Shown: one piece after another, positions 10,104-19,264 of the stretch
Layout: each line of letters starts with the position of its first letter
How positions within the stretch are numbered: the first letter of the stretch is position 1
From: an uncultured Clostridia bacterium
GTDB lineage: Bacteria; Bacillota; Clostridia; Christensenellales; UBA1242
Length of the DNA stretch: 64,000 nucleotides
Assembly: GCA_934757855.1 (NCBI GenBank)
Contig: CAKVLR010000003.1
Coordinates: 103,106-167,105, forward strand
Direction: 5' to 3'
Program-made: the position numbers and the translations under genes
Notes under the pieces: generated by a model
Seen by the model: the letters and a program-made list of their open reading frames with translations, nothing else
Told to the model about the DNA's origin: nothing
The model's database searches: none

Positions 10104-13100
10104 TTACTCCACCGACTGCAAGGCATCACTCAGTTTTACACTCACCACTTTACTAACGCCCTTCTGTTCCATTGTTACACCGTAAAGGTTATCCGCAAGT
10201 TCCATAGTGGGCTTACGGTGAGTGATTACGATAAACTGTGTTTCGCCTGCAAAGTTATGCAAGTATTTTGCAAAACGCTCTACATTCGCATCATCAAGTG
10301 CCGCATCAATCTCATCTAGCAAGCAGAATGGCATTGGTCTTAATTTTAATATTGCAAACAAAATCGCGATTGCAGTCAAAGTTTTTTCTCCACCACTAAG
10401 TAGACTTGTACTGCCGACCGCTTTCCCTGGTGGGTTTGCATCGATTTCGACACCAGCGGTCAACACATCATCATCGGTAAGTGTAAGTTTTGCCCTACCG
10501 CCACCAAACAATTCGCGGAAAATTCGCATAAAGTTTTCATTGATTTTATTAAATTCAGTTTGGAATTTTTCGGTCATTTGGTCGCTTAATTCCTTGATTA
10601 CGCTCATAATATCCTCTTCCGCTTTCTTTAAGTCGGCCAGTTGCGTAGATAAATCAGTGTATCTCTCATCAAGGTCTTTACTATCTTCGATAGCATTTAC
10701 ATTTACATGACCTAATCTATTAATATCACGCCTCAAATCATTGATACGCGCTTGCGCGTCCTCAGCCTCAAACTCATCGCTTTTCATTTCAAGAGCGGTC
10801 AAATAAGTGAGTTCGTAATCTTCCAAAATTCTATCTTGCATATTCTCAATATTTGTATCAATTTGCGCAAGTTTTGCTTCTTCTTGATAAATTTTTTCTT
10901 GAATACGCGCGTACTCGTTGGTAACTCTTGTACGCTCTTCCTCAATGCCATTCATAGAATCGTGCAACTCTTGTTTAACGGCTTCCATTTCCACAACTTT
11001 TGCTTTTACGCGTTCCAATTTCTCGCTTGCATCTGCTGTTTCCGCATTTTCACTGCCAGCATCTAGCGCCTTTGCCGTTTCCATTGTGCGATTATTTTTA
11101 ACCAAAAGTGAATTGTTTTCATCAATGTTTTGACTCAATTCCTCTTGCTCGGCAAGCAATCTCTCAATTTCGCTATCTACCGAACCAATTTCCGTACTTA
11201 AAGTAGCAATTTCTACTTTTAAATCGGTAATTTGGCTAGACAAACTATCACGCTTTTCGCGCAAAACATCGTATTGATTATTTTTGCTTCCGCCTTTTGC
11301 AGTTGGCATATCGCCCGCATCGACTTGCTTTGAAGTAGCCAATTCTTGCTCAAAAATTTCTCGCCTTGCGCTCAGTCTAGACAACTCTTGATTGATTTCA
11401 TCAAGTTCAAGTGCGTAAAGATTGCTATCATCTTGCGCGTGCTTTAAAATCTCCTCTTTTTGCGCTAATTCAATATCATAATCGTGTAGCAAATTTGCTT
11501 GTGTTTCAATTTCTTTGTTCAATTTTACCAAAGTATCGTTGTAAACCTTGATTGAATTGCGTTGCTCATTTACTTTGTTAGTTTGCGACTTTATGCGTTC
11601 TTGAATACTCTCAATTTCGCGCTCGCGCGACAAAAGATTGTTTATTTCCGCCTTTTTACTACCACCAGTGATAGAACCAGCAGTGTTCATAACATCGCCA
11701 TCAAGCGTAACAATCTTGAAACTAAACTTAGAGCCATTCGCAAGCCTTACCGCCGTATCCATATTATCTACAATCACGGTATTGCCTAGTAAGCCCTTAA
11801 TTACGGGAGTCAATTTTTCATCAAAAGAAATCAACTCACTAGCGACACCAAAGCACCCATTTGTACTCAAAAGTGGTCGGTATGCTTCGTTTATATACTT
11901 AGGTTTCATCGAACTAATCGGCAAAAAGGTAGCTCTACCGTAACTCTTGCTTTTTAGGTAACTAACCAGCCTTTTTGCATCTTGTTCATCGCGCGTAACA
12001 ATATTTTGCACAGCAAAGCCTAGCGCCATTTCGATAGCAGTTTCAAGATTTTGAGGCACAGTGATTAATTCACCTACCACGCCCACAATCAATCGTTGCA
12101 ATTCGCTGTTTTTGCCCGCATCAAGCAACAATTTACGCACAGTACCATTGTAGCCCTCGTATTCCGCTTGCATTTCGTTTAATAACTTTGCACGCGATTC
12201 CAACTTGGCTAATTCTTCGCTAGAAATATCTAATTCCGCGCGCATATCACGCTCGCCTTGCTCAACGCTTGCCAAATTTTCACGAAGTGCGGTCAAATTG
12301 TCCCACGCATTTCTACGGTTGTTTTCCGCATTTGCGCAAGCAGTTTTTGCTTGATTTTCGATGACAACCGCACCATCACGCTTATCAATCAACGCCTCTT
12401 GCTTTGCAATCAACTCTTTTTCACGCTCATCAATAGCGGAAATTTCAGTTTCAAGGCGTGTGATATTTGACTTAATGTCAGTAAGTTTAGAAATTGCATC
12501 TTGCATTTCTTGTTGCGAACCACTCACAGCCTGCTCGCTCACGCGCAACTGCTCGATTACATTTGCATAAATTTGCTCCAACTCATCTAATCTTGCGCGC
12601 AAAGCATTAAGTTTGTCCACATTGTCTGTTTTTTCTTGTTGCTTTGACTGCAATTCATCATTAATACGCACAAACTCAATCTTGTCGTTTTCAATTTCTT
12701 GTTGAAGTTTTGTCGCTTGCTCTTGCAAGTACTCCAACTTCGCCATAGCCACTCTGCGGTCACCAGCATTTTTCTCAATAGTAACCGTAAGTTTCAATAT
12801 TTCATCGCGCAACGCTTGAATTTGCTCGTCAATGGCCTTAATACCCTCTAACGATTGATTTTGCTTGTCAATAGCAGATTGCACTTGCTTTTCTTTGTCG
12901 CTTGCTTGTTCGCGCAACCCCTCTATCATATCACTGATGCGTTGCTTATTTGAATTTGCATTTTCATAATGATAAATATAGTTGTTTACTTCTTCAAACT
13001 TCAATTTTTCGCGCAAAGCAAGGTATTTTTTCGCCTTTTCCGCTTGGTCACGCATAGGCATAAGTTGCCTTTCGATTTCCATAACAGTAGTTTCAATCAA

Positions 13101-13667
13101 AGTCAAGTTTTCACGCGTTTTGGCGAGTTTGCGCTCCGCCTCAATCTTGCGCTCCTTAAACTTTGCAATTCCCGCCGCTTCCTCAAAAATAGCCCTGCGG
13201 TCCTCAGCCTTTGTCGATACAATTTGCTCAACTTTACCTTGACCTATAATCGAATAGCCATCACGCCCTATACCGCTGTCGTGCAAAAGATTGCTAATAT
13301 CTTTTAGTAAACAAGGTGCGTGATTCAGTGAATATTCACTCGTTCCAGAACGATACAATTTACGCGAAATAACCACTTCATCATAATCAAGATTGAACTG
13401 GTGGTCCTCATTTGAAAAAACCAGCGATACCTCACAGTAAGAAAGGCTTTTTCTACTTTCTGAGCCCTTAAAGATTACATCTTGCATACTCGAACCACGC
13501 AAGTTTTTAGATGATTGCTCACCCAAAACCCAGCGAATAGCATCGGCAAAGTTTGATTTACCGCAACCGTTTGGTCCGACAATAGCGGTAATACCCTCAC
13601 TAAATTCAATGCCTAGTTTATCGGCAAATGATTTAAACCCTAGTACCTCTATCCTTTTAAAACTCAC
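10104..13667 (-). CDS. smc: Chromosome partition protein Smc
   Basis: 1187 aa. N-terminal Walker A GPNGCGKSN, long coiled coils, a hinge, and C-terminal LSGGEK and Walker B LLDEIDAALD. GTG start with AAGGAG 7 nt upstream. Confidence 0.95.
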   Translation of the reverse strand: MSFKRIEVLGFKSFADKLGIEFSEGITAIVGPNGCGKSNFADAIRWVLGEQSSKNLRGSSMQDVIFKGSESRKSLSYCEVSLVFSNEDHQFNLDYDEVVISRKLYRSGTSEYSLNHAPCLLKDISNLLHDSGIGRDGYSIIGQGKVEQIVSTKAEDRRAIFEEAAGIAKFKERKIEAERKLAKTRENLTLIETTVMEIERQLMPMRDQAEKAKKYLALREKLKFEEVNNYIYHYENANSNKQRISDMIEGLREQASDKEKQVQSAIDKQNQSLEGIKAIDEQIQALRDEILKLTVTIEKNAGDRRVAMAKLEYLQEQATKLQQEIENDKIEFVRINDELQSKQQEKTDNVDKLNALRARLDELEQIYANVIEQLRVSEQAVSGSQQEMQDAISKLTDIKSNITRLETEISAIDEREKELIAKQEALIDKRDGAVVIENQAKTACANAENNRRNAWDNLTALRENLASVEQGERDMRAELDISSEELAKLESRAKLLNEMQAEYEGYNGTVRKLLLDAGKNSELQRLIVGVVGELITVPQNLETAIEMALGFAVQNIVTRDEQDAKRLVSYLKSKSYGRATFLPISSMKPKYINEAYRPLLSTNGCFGVASELISFDEKLTPVIKGLLGNTVIVDNMDTAVRLANGSKFSFKIVTLDGDVMNTAGSITGGSKKAEINNLLSREREIESIQERIKSQTNKVNEQRNSIKVYNDTLVKLNKEIETQANLLHDYDIELAQKEEILKHAQDDSNLYALELDEINQELSRLSARREIFEQELATSKQVDAGDMPTAKGGSKNNQYDVLREKRDSLSSQITDLKVEIATLSTEIGSVDSEIERLLAEQEELSQNIDENNSLLVKNNRTMETAKALDAGSENAETADASEKLERVKAKVVEMEAVKQELHDSMNGIEEERTRVTNEYARIQEKIYQEEAKLAQIDTNIENMQDRILEDYELTYLTALEMKSDEFEAEDAQARINDLRRDINRLGHVNVNAIEDSKDLDERYTDLSTQLADLKKAEEDIMSVIKELSDQMTEKFQTEFNKINENFMRIFRELFGGGRAKLTLTDDDVLTAGVEIDANPPGKAVGSTSLLSGGEKTLTAIAILFAILKLRPMPFCLLDEIDAALDDANVERFAKYLHNFAGETQFIVITHRKPTMELADNLYGVTMEQKGVSKVVSVKLSDALQSVE

Positions 13668-13679
13668 CCTGTTTCTCCT

Positions 13680-14705
13680 TTATTCTTTTGAGTCCTCAAT
13701 TTCCAATCTATTTTCGCTAATTGTATTCCCTAATTTAGTCAACAAATCACATTCGGCATATTCTTTAATTTGCTCAATACTAGCGAGCAAACTTGACACT
13801 TTTGCAGAGCCGTGAGCCTTTACCACAAGTTGCTTAGTACCCAAAAGTGGTGACCCACCGTATGCTTGATAGTCGTAAATTTTCATAATCTTTTTGAGTG
13901 GCTTTTTGACAATTAAACCGCCTATTTTGCCTCTAAACGAAGATTTTAGCCCGCTTTTTAGCACACCCATAAAGTTTGATAAAGTACCCTCAATGCTTTT
14001 TAATAATACATTTCCAGAAAACCCGTCTGTCACGATTACATCATATTCTCCACTCAATGCATCGCGCGCTTCCATATTGCCCACAAAATTTATAGGTAAT
14101 TTTTGCAAAAGTGGAAAAGTAGATTTCGCCAAATCGTTACCTTTTGCTTCTTCAGTCCCTACATTAAGTAACGCAACTCGTGGCTGACTGATATTTTGCG
14201 TTACACGCATATACTCGCTACCCATAAGCGCAAAATGACATAGATTTATAGGCTTACAGTCCATATTTGCACCACAATCAATTAGTAGCACTTTGCCCCC
14301 ACTTACAGTTGGCAACATAGGCGCAAGTGCGGGCCTACTTACCCCAGCAAGTCTACCCAATTTCAATACAGAGCCACTCAATACAGCACCCGTGCTACCA
14401 GCAGACACAAGACCTGCATATTCGCCTGTTTTGAGTTTGTCTATACATACAACAAGCGAACTATCTTTCTTTGTGCGAATTGCCTCTACTGGTGCTTCAT
14501 TGCAAGTAATTTCCTCGCGCGCATCGGTAAAAATCAAGCGTTCTTTGTCAAAAGTTTTGTCTTTGGCGAGTTCGTTTAATTCTTCAATTTTACCCACCAT
14601 TTCGATAGAAATATTTTGATATTTGTACAATGCGAGCAAAACAGCCTCAAACATTTCTTTTGCGCCATTGTCCCCACCGTATGCATCAACCAAAATTTTA
14701 AACAT
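13680..14705 (-). CDS. plsX: Phosphate acyltransferase PlsX
   Basis: 341 aa. The MFKILVDAYGGDN... N-terminus and overall sequence are typical of PlsX. Confidence 0.95.
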   Translation of the reverse strand: MFKILVDAYGGDNGAKEMFEAVLLALYKYQNISIEMVGKIEELNELAKDKTFDKERLIFTDAREEITCNEAPVEAIRTKKDSSLVVCIDKLKTGEYAGLVSAGSTGAVLSGSVLKLGRLAGVSRPALAPMLPTVSGGKVLLIDCGANMDCKPINLCHFALMGSEYMRVTQNISQPRVALLNVGTEEAKGNDLAKSTFPLLQKLPINFVGNMEARDALSGEYDVIVTDGFSGNVLLKSIEGTLSNFMGVLKSGLKSSFRGKIGGLIVKKPLKKIMKIYDYQAYGGSPLLGTKQLVVKAHGSAKVSSLLASIEQIKEYAECDLLTKLGNTISENRLEIEDSKE

Positions 14706-14739
14706 AATATATCTCCATAATAATAAAATACTTGATTTA

Positions 14740-14768
14740 ATTCTATCATATTAGAGATAAAAAGACAA
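14740..14768 (-). promoter_or_regulatory. Putative sigma-A promoter for plsX-smc-ftsY
   Basis: On the minus strand: TTGTCT, a 17-nt spacer, then TAGAAT preceded by TGa (extended -10). Confidence 0.5.
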
Positions 14769-14793
14769 ACAAAAAAAGGCAATTTTTGCCTTT
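14764..14793 (-). terminator. Intrinsic terminator after rpmF
   Basis: AAAGGCAA/TTGCCTTT stem with a 3-nt loop, followed on the minus strand by TTTTTTTG. Confidence 0.6.
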
Positions 14794-14827
14794 ATTTCAA
14801 GATTTTCTCAATAAAAAAGGAGCAAAA

Positions 14828-15034
14828 TTATGCTCCGTTTTTCTCTTGTGCCTTGTCCTTCTCTAAAACAAGTACTTGCTTTCCATCGTAGTATCCGCAC
14901 TTCTTGCAAACGCGGTGAGCCAACTTTGGTTCGTGACAACGAGGACATTCAACGATAGCAGGTGCTGTGATTTTCCAGTTTGCTGCTCTTGAACGCTTCC
15001 TTGCTTTAGAGGTCTTAGATTTAGGAACTGCCAT
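14828..15034 (-). CDS. rpmF: 50S ribosomal protein L32
   Basis: MAVPKSKTSKARKRSRAANWK... with the CPRC...CKKC zinc ribbon. GGAGG RBS. Confidence 0.95.
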   Translation of the reverse strand: MAVPKSKTSKARKRSRAANWKITAPAIVECPRCHEPKLAHRVCKKCGYYDGKQVLVLEKDKAQEKNGA

Positions 15035-15081
15035 TTAGCCGACCTCCAATTAATAATATGTAAAAATTTATTTACGCCAAT

Positions 15082-15110
15082 ATTATAACTTATTTTTTGC
15101 ATATTGTCAA
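15082..15110 (-). promoter_or_regulatory. Consensus sigma-A promoter for rpmF
   Basis: On the minus strand: TTGACA (15110-15105), exactly 17 nt, then TATAAT (15087-15082). Confidence 0.65.
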
Positions 15111-15206
15111 CGCTAATAACCAAAATTTTTGATTTTTATAAATTATTTTGTTTGGCTATTTATTAAATTTGTGGTATAATAATATTAAATTAAGGGAGAA
15201 CGGAAA

Positions 15207-16484
15207 ATGAAATTTTGTGCAATTATATGTGAATATAATCCATTCCACAACGGACACCAGTACCACATTGAGGAAAGTTTAAAACAAAGTGGCTGTGATG
15301 CCTGCATTTGTATAATGGGCGGTAATTTTTCACAAAGAGGCGAACCTGCCCTTGTTGAAAAATATTCGCGTGCGCAAATGGCTATTGCTGGTGGCGCTTC
15401 GGCGGTCGTGCAAATACCGACTTACTTTTGCACGGGCAGTGCTGAAATTTTTGCGCAAGCCGCAATTAAAATTGTATCGAGTTTTAAAAATGTAACTCAT
15501 ATCTCTTTTGGTAGCGAATGTGGTGATGTGCGCTCTCTTAGCGAATTAGCGAAATTTTTGTACAAAGAGCCTTCATTTTTTAAAGCGCGCATAAAACGCA
15601 ACTTAAACGATGGTTTTTCGCTGGGTAGAGCCAAAACTCACGCTTTGCAAGAGTGTATTGAGGCTGGTTTGGTAAAATTTACCCGCCCTGAGGTAGTGGC
15701 AAACTTACTTGATTCGCCAAACAATATTTTAGCGGTAGAATACCTAAAAGTTTTACTCTCGACAGGCAGAAAAGATATCACCCCTATCACTATCAAGCGT
15801 GTAGAAGAAGCAAGCGAAGCAAAGGAAGCAGAAAATTTTGATTATCACCTTTCTAGCGCAACCGCTATTCGCGAGTCTGTGTACAAAAGCAAACGAATTT
15901 GGAATATTAGGAAATTTATTCCTAGCGAACCATACAAAATTTTTGCACATAGTTTGCAGACTATGGGTATCCCAGATATGGACCTTTGGGGAAATATTGC
16001 GCTATATCGAATGAGAACAGCCAGCCCAAACGACTTAATGCAAAACTATGATGTGGTAGAGGGCATTGAAAACAAACTCATCACAATGGCACGCGAAAAT
16101 GTCGATTATCCCGCTTTTGTTGAAAACTGCACTTCGCGTAGATTTACCAAAGCCCGTATTCAGCGAATTGTTACCGCGTGCTTGTTAAATTTGCGTAGCA
16201 ATTATGTACGCCATATTTATGAAATAGATAAATTGCCTTATATCAAACTACTTGCAGTCAAAAATAACAAAGAGATTTTGGCAAGTCTAAATGAATGTGA
16301 TACTATTCTCGTTTCACGCAAACAAGATGCAATCGAGGCCCAAAAAGACCCTTTTGCAAAGATTTTGATGTTCTCTGAGGACAAAGCAAATAATTTATAT
16401 TCTTTGTTACTTGATATTACCAAAGACCAGCAAAAAGATTTTGCTATGAACGATATTTATATCAAAACCGAGTTTGTGAAATAG
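15207..16484 (+). CDS. tmcAL: tRNA(Met) cytidine acetate ligase TmcAL (UPF0348 / YlbM nucleotidyltransferase family)
   Basis: N-terminus MKFCAIICEYNPFHNGHQYHI (HxGH nucleotidyltransferase motif). 425 aa. The promoter is TTGGCT, 17 nt, TATAAT (15152-15180) with a TGg extension. Confidence 0.8.
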   Translation: MKFCAIICEYNPFHNGHQYHIEESLKQSGCDACICIMGGNFSQRGEPALVEKYSRAQMAIAGGASAVVQIPTYFCTGSAEIFAQAAIKIVSSFKNVTHISFGSECGDVRSLSELAKFLYKEPSFFKARIKRNLNDGFSLGRAKTHALQECIEAGLVKFTRPEVVANLLDSPNNILAVEYLKVLLSTGRKDITPITIKRVEEASEAKEAENFDYHLSSATAIRESVYKSKRIWNIRKFIPSEPYKIFAHSLQTMGIPDMDLWGNIALYRMRTASPNDLMQNYDVVEGIENKLITMARENVDYPAFVENCTSRRFTKARIQRIVTACLLNLRSNYVRHIYEIDKLPYIKLLAVKNNKEILASLNECDTILVSRKQDAIEAQKDPFAKILMFSEDKANNLYSLLLDITKDQQKDFAMNDIYIKTEFVK

Positions 16485-16511
16485 TATAGTATAAATGAAA
16501 AACAAAGTTTA

Positions 16512-16540
16512 AAAAACTAGCATTTGCTAGTTTCTATTAT
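16512..16540 (+). terminator. Intrinsic terminator after tmcAL
   Basis: AAACTAGCA/TGCTAGTTT stem followed by T-rich sequence. Confidence 0.55.
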
Positions 16541-16575
16541 TTGTTTGTCATTATGGTAAACATTTTAAGAAAGAA

Positions 16576-16608
16576 TAAAAAGCAGGCAAGTGGTATGCGT
16601 GCTTTTTA
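16576..16608 (-). terminator. Intrinsic terminator after the yebC-family gene
   Basis: On the minus strand: AAAAAGCACGCATACCACTTGCCTGCTTTTTATT. Imperfect 8-bp stem (7 of 8 paired) plus a T-run. Confidence 0.5.
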
Positions 16609-16626
16609 TTGTGTACATCCCCAATG

Positions 16627-17355
16627 CTAATCTTTTAGGTTAACATTGTGGTAAACATTTTGTACATCTTCATTTTCTTCGAGATTATCGAGCATTTTCA
16701 TAAATGAAGTATATTTATCATCTGGCAAATCCATTGTTTGTTGTGCAATCATTTCGAGTTCGGCAGAAACGACTTCGAGTCCTGCGCTCAAAATTTTGTC
16801 ACGAATAGTTGCAAGTTTTGTTGCTTCGCCTACAAAAGTATAACCTTCTTCGCTAAAATCGTAGTCATCAGCCTCTGCGTCCATTGCAATCATCATAACA
16901 TCATCTTCGGTAAGACCTGCTTTTGGTTTTGTAGCGACTACTGCTTTACGGTCGAACAAGAACGCAACGCTCCCTGGACCGCCCAAAGCACCGCCTGCTC
17001 TATCGAAAATGTGGCGGACATCACTAGATGCACGGTTTTTGTTATCAGTCAAGATATCGCAAATTATTGCGCTACCACCTGGGCCGTAACCTTCGTAAGT
17101 CATTTCCTCGTAGTTTACGGCACTACCCTCACCGCTTGCCTTTTTGATACTTCTTTGAATATTGTCGTTTGGCATATTGTTACTACGCGCTTTTGCGATA
17201 ATAGTTGCAAGTTTTGGGTTATTGACTGGGTCGGGACCGCCCGCCTTAACGGCTACTGCGATTTCTTTACCCAATTTGGTAAATATTTTACCACGCGCTT
17301 GGTCGGTTTTTTCCTTATCACGCTTGATAGTTGACCATTTACTATGACCTGACAT
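16627..17355 (-). CDS. YebC/PmpR family DNA-binding transcriptional regulator
   Basis: MSGHSKWSTIKRDKEKTDQARGKIFTKL... is the canonical YebC N-terminus. 242 aa. Confidence 0.9.
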   Translation of the reverse strand: MSGHSKWSTIKRDKEKTDQARGKIFTKLGKEIAVAVKAGGPDPVNNPKLATIIAKARSNNMPNDNIQRSIKKASGEGSAVNYEEMTYEGYGPGGSAIICDILTDNKNRASSDVRHIFDRAGGALGGPGSVAFLFDRKAVVATKPKAGLTEDDVMMIAMDAEADDYDFSEEGYTFVGEATKLATIRDKILSAGLEVVSAELEMIAQQTMDLPDDKYTSFMKMLDNLEENEDVQNVYHNVNLKD

Positions 17356-17366
17356 AATACTCTCCT

Positions 17367-18098
17367 TTAAATTAATTTACTCATAATTATTGCGCCTGCA
17401 ATCGCCACATTGAGTGATTCGACTGCGTTTTGCATTTTAATCGAAATATTTTGTGAAGCAAGGCTTGCGATTTCCTCGCGCGCTCCGTTCGCTTCATTTC
17501 CTAAAATAATGCCAAAAATTCCGTTTGGCTTTTCTACACTATCAATATTTACGCCGTTCATATCTGCGTTGTAGATAGTAAGTCCTCGCAATTTTTGCAA
17601 ATCTTCCATAGTGACCTCAAACAAATTAACATCAGCGATTGTCCCCATTGTGGAACGCAAGACTTTGTCATTTGTCCAATCTACACAGTTAAACATATAG
17701 ATATCTTTGTACCCTAGTGCAAGTGCGGTACGAATAATCGTGCCTAAATTGCCTGGGTCAGCCACACGGTCTAGTACCAAAAATTGCGATTTTGGGAGTC
17801 TAAACGGCTTTGCGGTTAGCCTCACCACGCCCACAATTTGCGAACTATTTACCGTTTGCGTTAGGCAATTTAGCACTTCTTCGCTACACAAAATTTGCTC
17901 TGCATCAAGTTTTTCAGCGAAAGCGGGTTTTTCCCTATACAAAAGATACTTTATTTCCACTCCGCGCGCTACTAGGTCACTAACGAACCTTTCACCCTCG
18001 ACAAGCACCAAATTTCGCTCTTTGCGGTACTTTTTGATAGTCAATTTTGCCAAATCTTTTATCAAGGCATTGTTTTTACTGGTAATTTCTTTTTCCAT
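17367..18098 (-). CDS. TrmH/SpoU family RNA 2'-O-methyltransferase
   Basis: SpoU_methylase motifs LDRVADPGNLGTIIRTA, ILGNEANG and LNVAIAGAI. The start is uncertain: ATG 18098 or TTG 18107. Confidence 0.8.
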   Translation of the reverse strand: MEKEITSKNNALIKDLAKLTIKKYRKERNLVLVEGERFVSDLVARGVEIKYLLYREKPAFAEKLDAEQILCSEEVLNCLTQTVNSSQIVGVVRLTAKPFRLPKSQFLVLDRVADPGNLGTIIRTALALGYKDIYMFNCVDWTNDKVLRSTMGTIADVNLFEVTMEDLQKLRGLTIYNADMNGVNIDSVEKPNGIFGIILGNEANGAREEIASLASQNISIKMQNAVESLNVAIAGAIIMSKLI

Positions 18099-18102
18099 AA
18101 TC

Positions 18103-18140
18103 ACCAAAAAATAGTTTTACTAAAAAGCAAAACTATTTCC
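18103..18140 (-). terminator. Intrinsic terminator after rplT
   Basis: AAATAGTTTT/AAAACTATTT 10-bp stem followed by TTTTTTGG on the minus strand. Confidence 0.6.
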
Positions 18141-18150
18141 TTTTAAATAA

Positions 18151-18507
18151 TTACTTAGCAACTGCTTTCTTTGCTGTTTCGCAAAGGCTAGCAAAACTTG
18201 TAGCATCGTTTACAACCATATCAGCCAAAACTTTACGGTTGAGGTCGATATTTGCAGTCTTTAAGCCGTGCATAAATACACTGTAACTAACACCGTTTTG
18301 ACGGCAACCAGCATTGATACGAGCAATCCAAAGGCTACGCATATCGCGCTTTTTCAAACGGCGACCAACATAAGCGTAGTTACCTGAGTGCATAACTTGT
18401 TCTTTTGCTGCTTTAAATTGTTTTGACTTTGCGCCAAAGTAACCTTTCGCTTTTTTCAAAGTCTTGTTTCTTTTCTTAATTGCATGTAAGCCATTCTTTA
18501 TTCTCAT
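18151..18507 (-). CDS. rplT: 50S ribosomal protein L20
   Basis: 118 aa. ...YVGRRLKKRDMRSLWIARINA... is typical of L20. Confidence 0.95.
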   Translation of the reverse strand: MRIKNGLHAIKKRNKTLKKAKGYFGAKSKQFKAAKEQVMHSGNYAYVGRRLKKRDMRSLWIARINAGCRQNGVSYSVFMHGLKTANIDLNRKVLADMVVNDATSFASLCETAKKAVAK

Positions 18508-18521
18508 AGTTCATATCCTCC

Positions 18522-18716
18522 TTAAACCTCAATGGCCCTTGCGATTTTGGCTTGGTCAGCCTTGGCAACAGTGTCGCCCGCACGCAAACGCATTTTTCTC
18601 TTACTTGATTTTTTAGTCATAATGTGACTTCTGTTTTGACAACCGCGTTTAATCACGCCGTTTTTGTTCATTCTAAAACGCTTTTTAGCTGAACTCTTAG
18701 TCTTCATTTTTGGCAT
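18522..18716 (-). CDS. rpmI: 50S ribosomal protein L35
   Basis: [14 protein letters not shown]... 64 aa. Confidence 0.95.
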   Translation of the reverse strand: MPKMKTKSSAKKRFRMNKNGVIKRGCQNRSHIMTKKSSKRKMRLRAGDTVAKADQAKIARAIEV

Positions 18717-18733
18717 AAGTGTATCTCCTTAAT

Positions 18734-19249
18734 TTATTTTGAATCTTTTGGGGCAAGTATCATTGTAATAATCGAACCTGACAACATAGGTTTTTGGTCC
18801 ATAACGCAGTATTCTGCAAGCATTTCGTAAAATTTGTTCATATTGTCAATACCGAAATGTGCAAAATTTGCCATACGACCACGCACACCCTTGATAATTA
18901 CGCGCACTTTATCGCCGTTTTGCAAAAATTTGGCTACTTGGTTGGCTTTGTAGCGCATATCGTGTTCCTCAATACGCATAGAAAGTTCCATACCCTTTAT
19001 GTCGGCACTTTTTTGCTTTTTCTTAGCCTCTTTGTCACGCTTTTGCGCGATAAACTTGTACTTACCGTAGTCCATAATTTTACAAACTGGCGGAGTTGCA
19101 TTTGGGTTTATCGCTACAAGGTCATAACCTAAATCATACGCTTGTGTAAGGGCTGAATGAATGTCAACTATTCCTAATTGTTCACCCTCAACACCTAACA
19201 AACGCACTTCTTTTGCAGTGATTTGTTCATTAATCGATAATTCCTTAAT
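18734..19249 (-). CDS. infC: Translation initiation factor IF-3, with a probable ATT start codon
   Basis: IKELSINEQITAKEVRLLG... matches the IF-3 N-terminus. AGGAGG (19264-19259) lies 9 nt before an in-frame ATT at 19249. The longer ORF-track start at 19309 would lie inside the leader hairpin. Confidence 0.9.
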   Translation of the reverse strand: MKELSINEQITAKEVRLLGVEGEQLGIVDIHSALTQAYDLGYDLVAINPNATPPVCKIMDYGKYKFIAQKRDKEAKKKQKSADIKGMELSMRIEEHDMRYKANQVAKFLQNGDKVRVIIKGVRGRMANFAHFGIDNMNKFYEMLAEYCVMDQKPMLSGSIITMILAPKDSK

Positions 19250-19264
19250 GGTCTTAATCCTCCT

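Noticed and set aside
16517-16530. The 14-mer CTAGCATTTGCTAG in the tmcAL terminator recurs as its reverse complement in the terminator at 57321-57334.
   Set aside because: The flanks do not match. A shared 14-mer somewhere in 2 x 64 kb is expected by chance (about N squared over 4^14). I treat it as a coincidental similar hairpin, not a repeat family.
10026-16643. The unique spacers in the smc echo (78 nt) and the yebC echo (77 nt) are nearly the same length.
   Set aside because: The two spacer sequences share only a 7-mer (CAAGTGG). The yebC spacer includes real coding sequence. I consider the length match coincidental unless a genome-wide search shows a family.
18099-18160. Loose resemblance between the rplT terminator sequence and the rplT 3' end, and similarly for ftsY at 8956-9020, as further 3'-end echoes.
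   Set aside because: The alignments need several indels over fewer than 25 nt of AT-rich sequence. They are not distinguishable from chance by eye.
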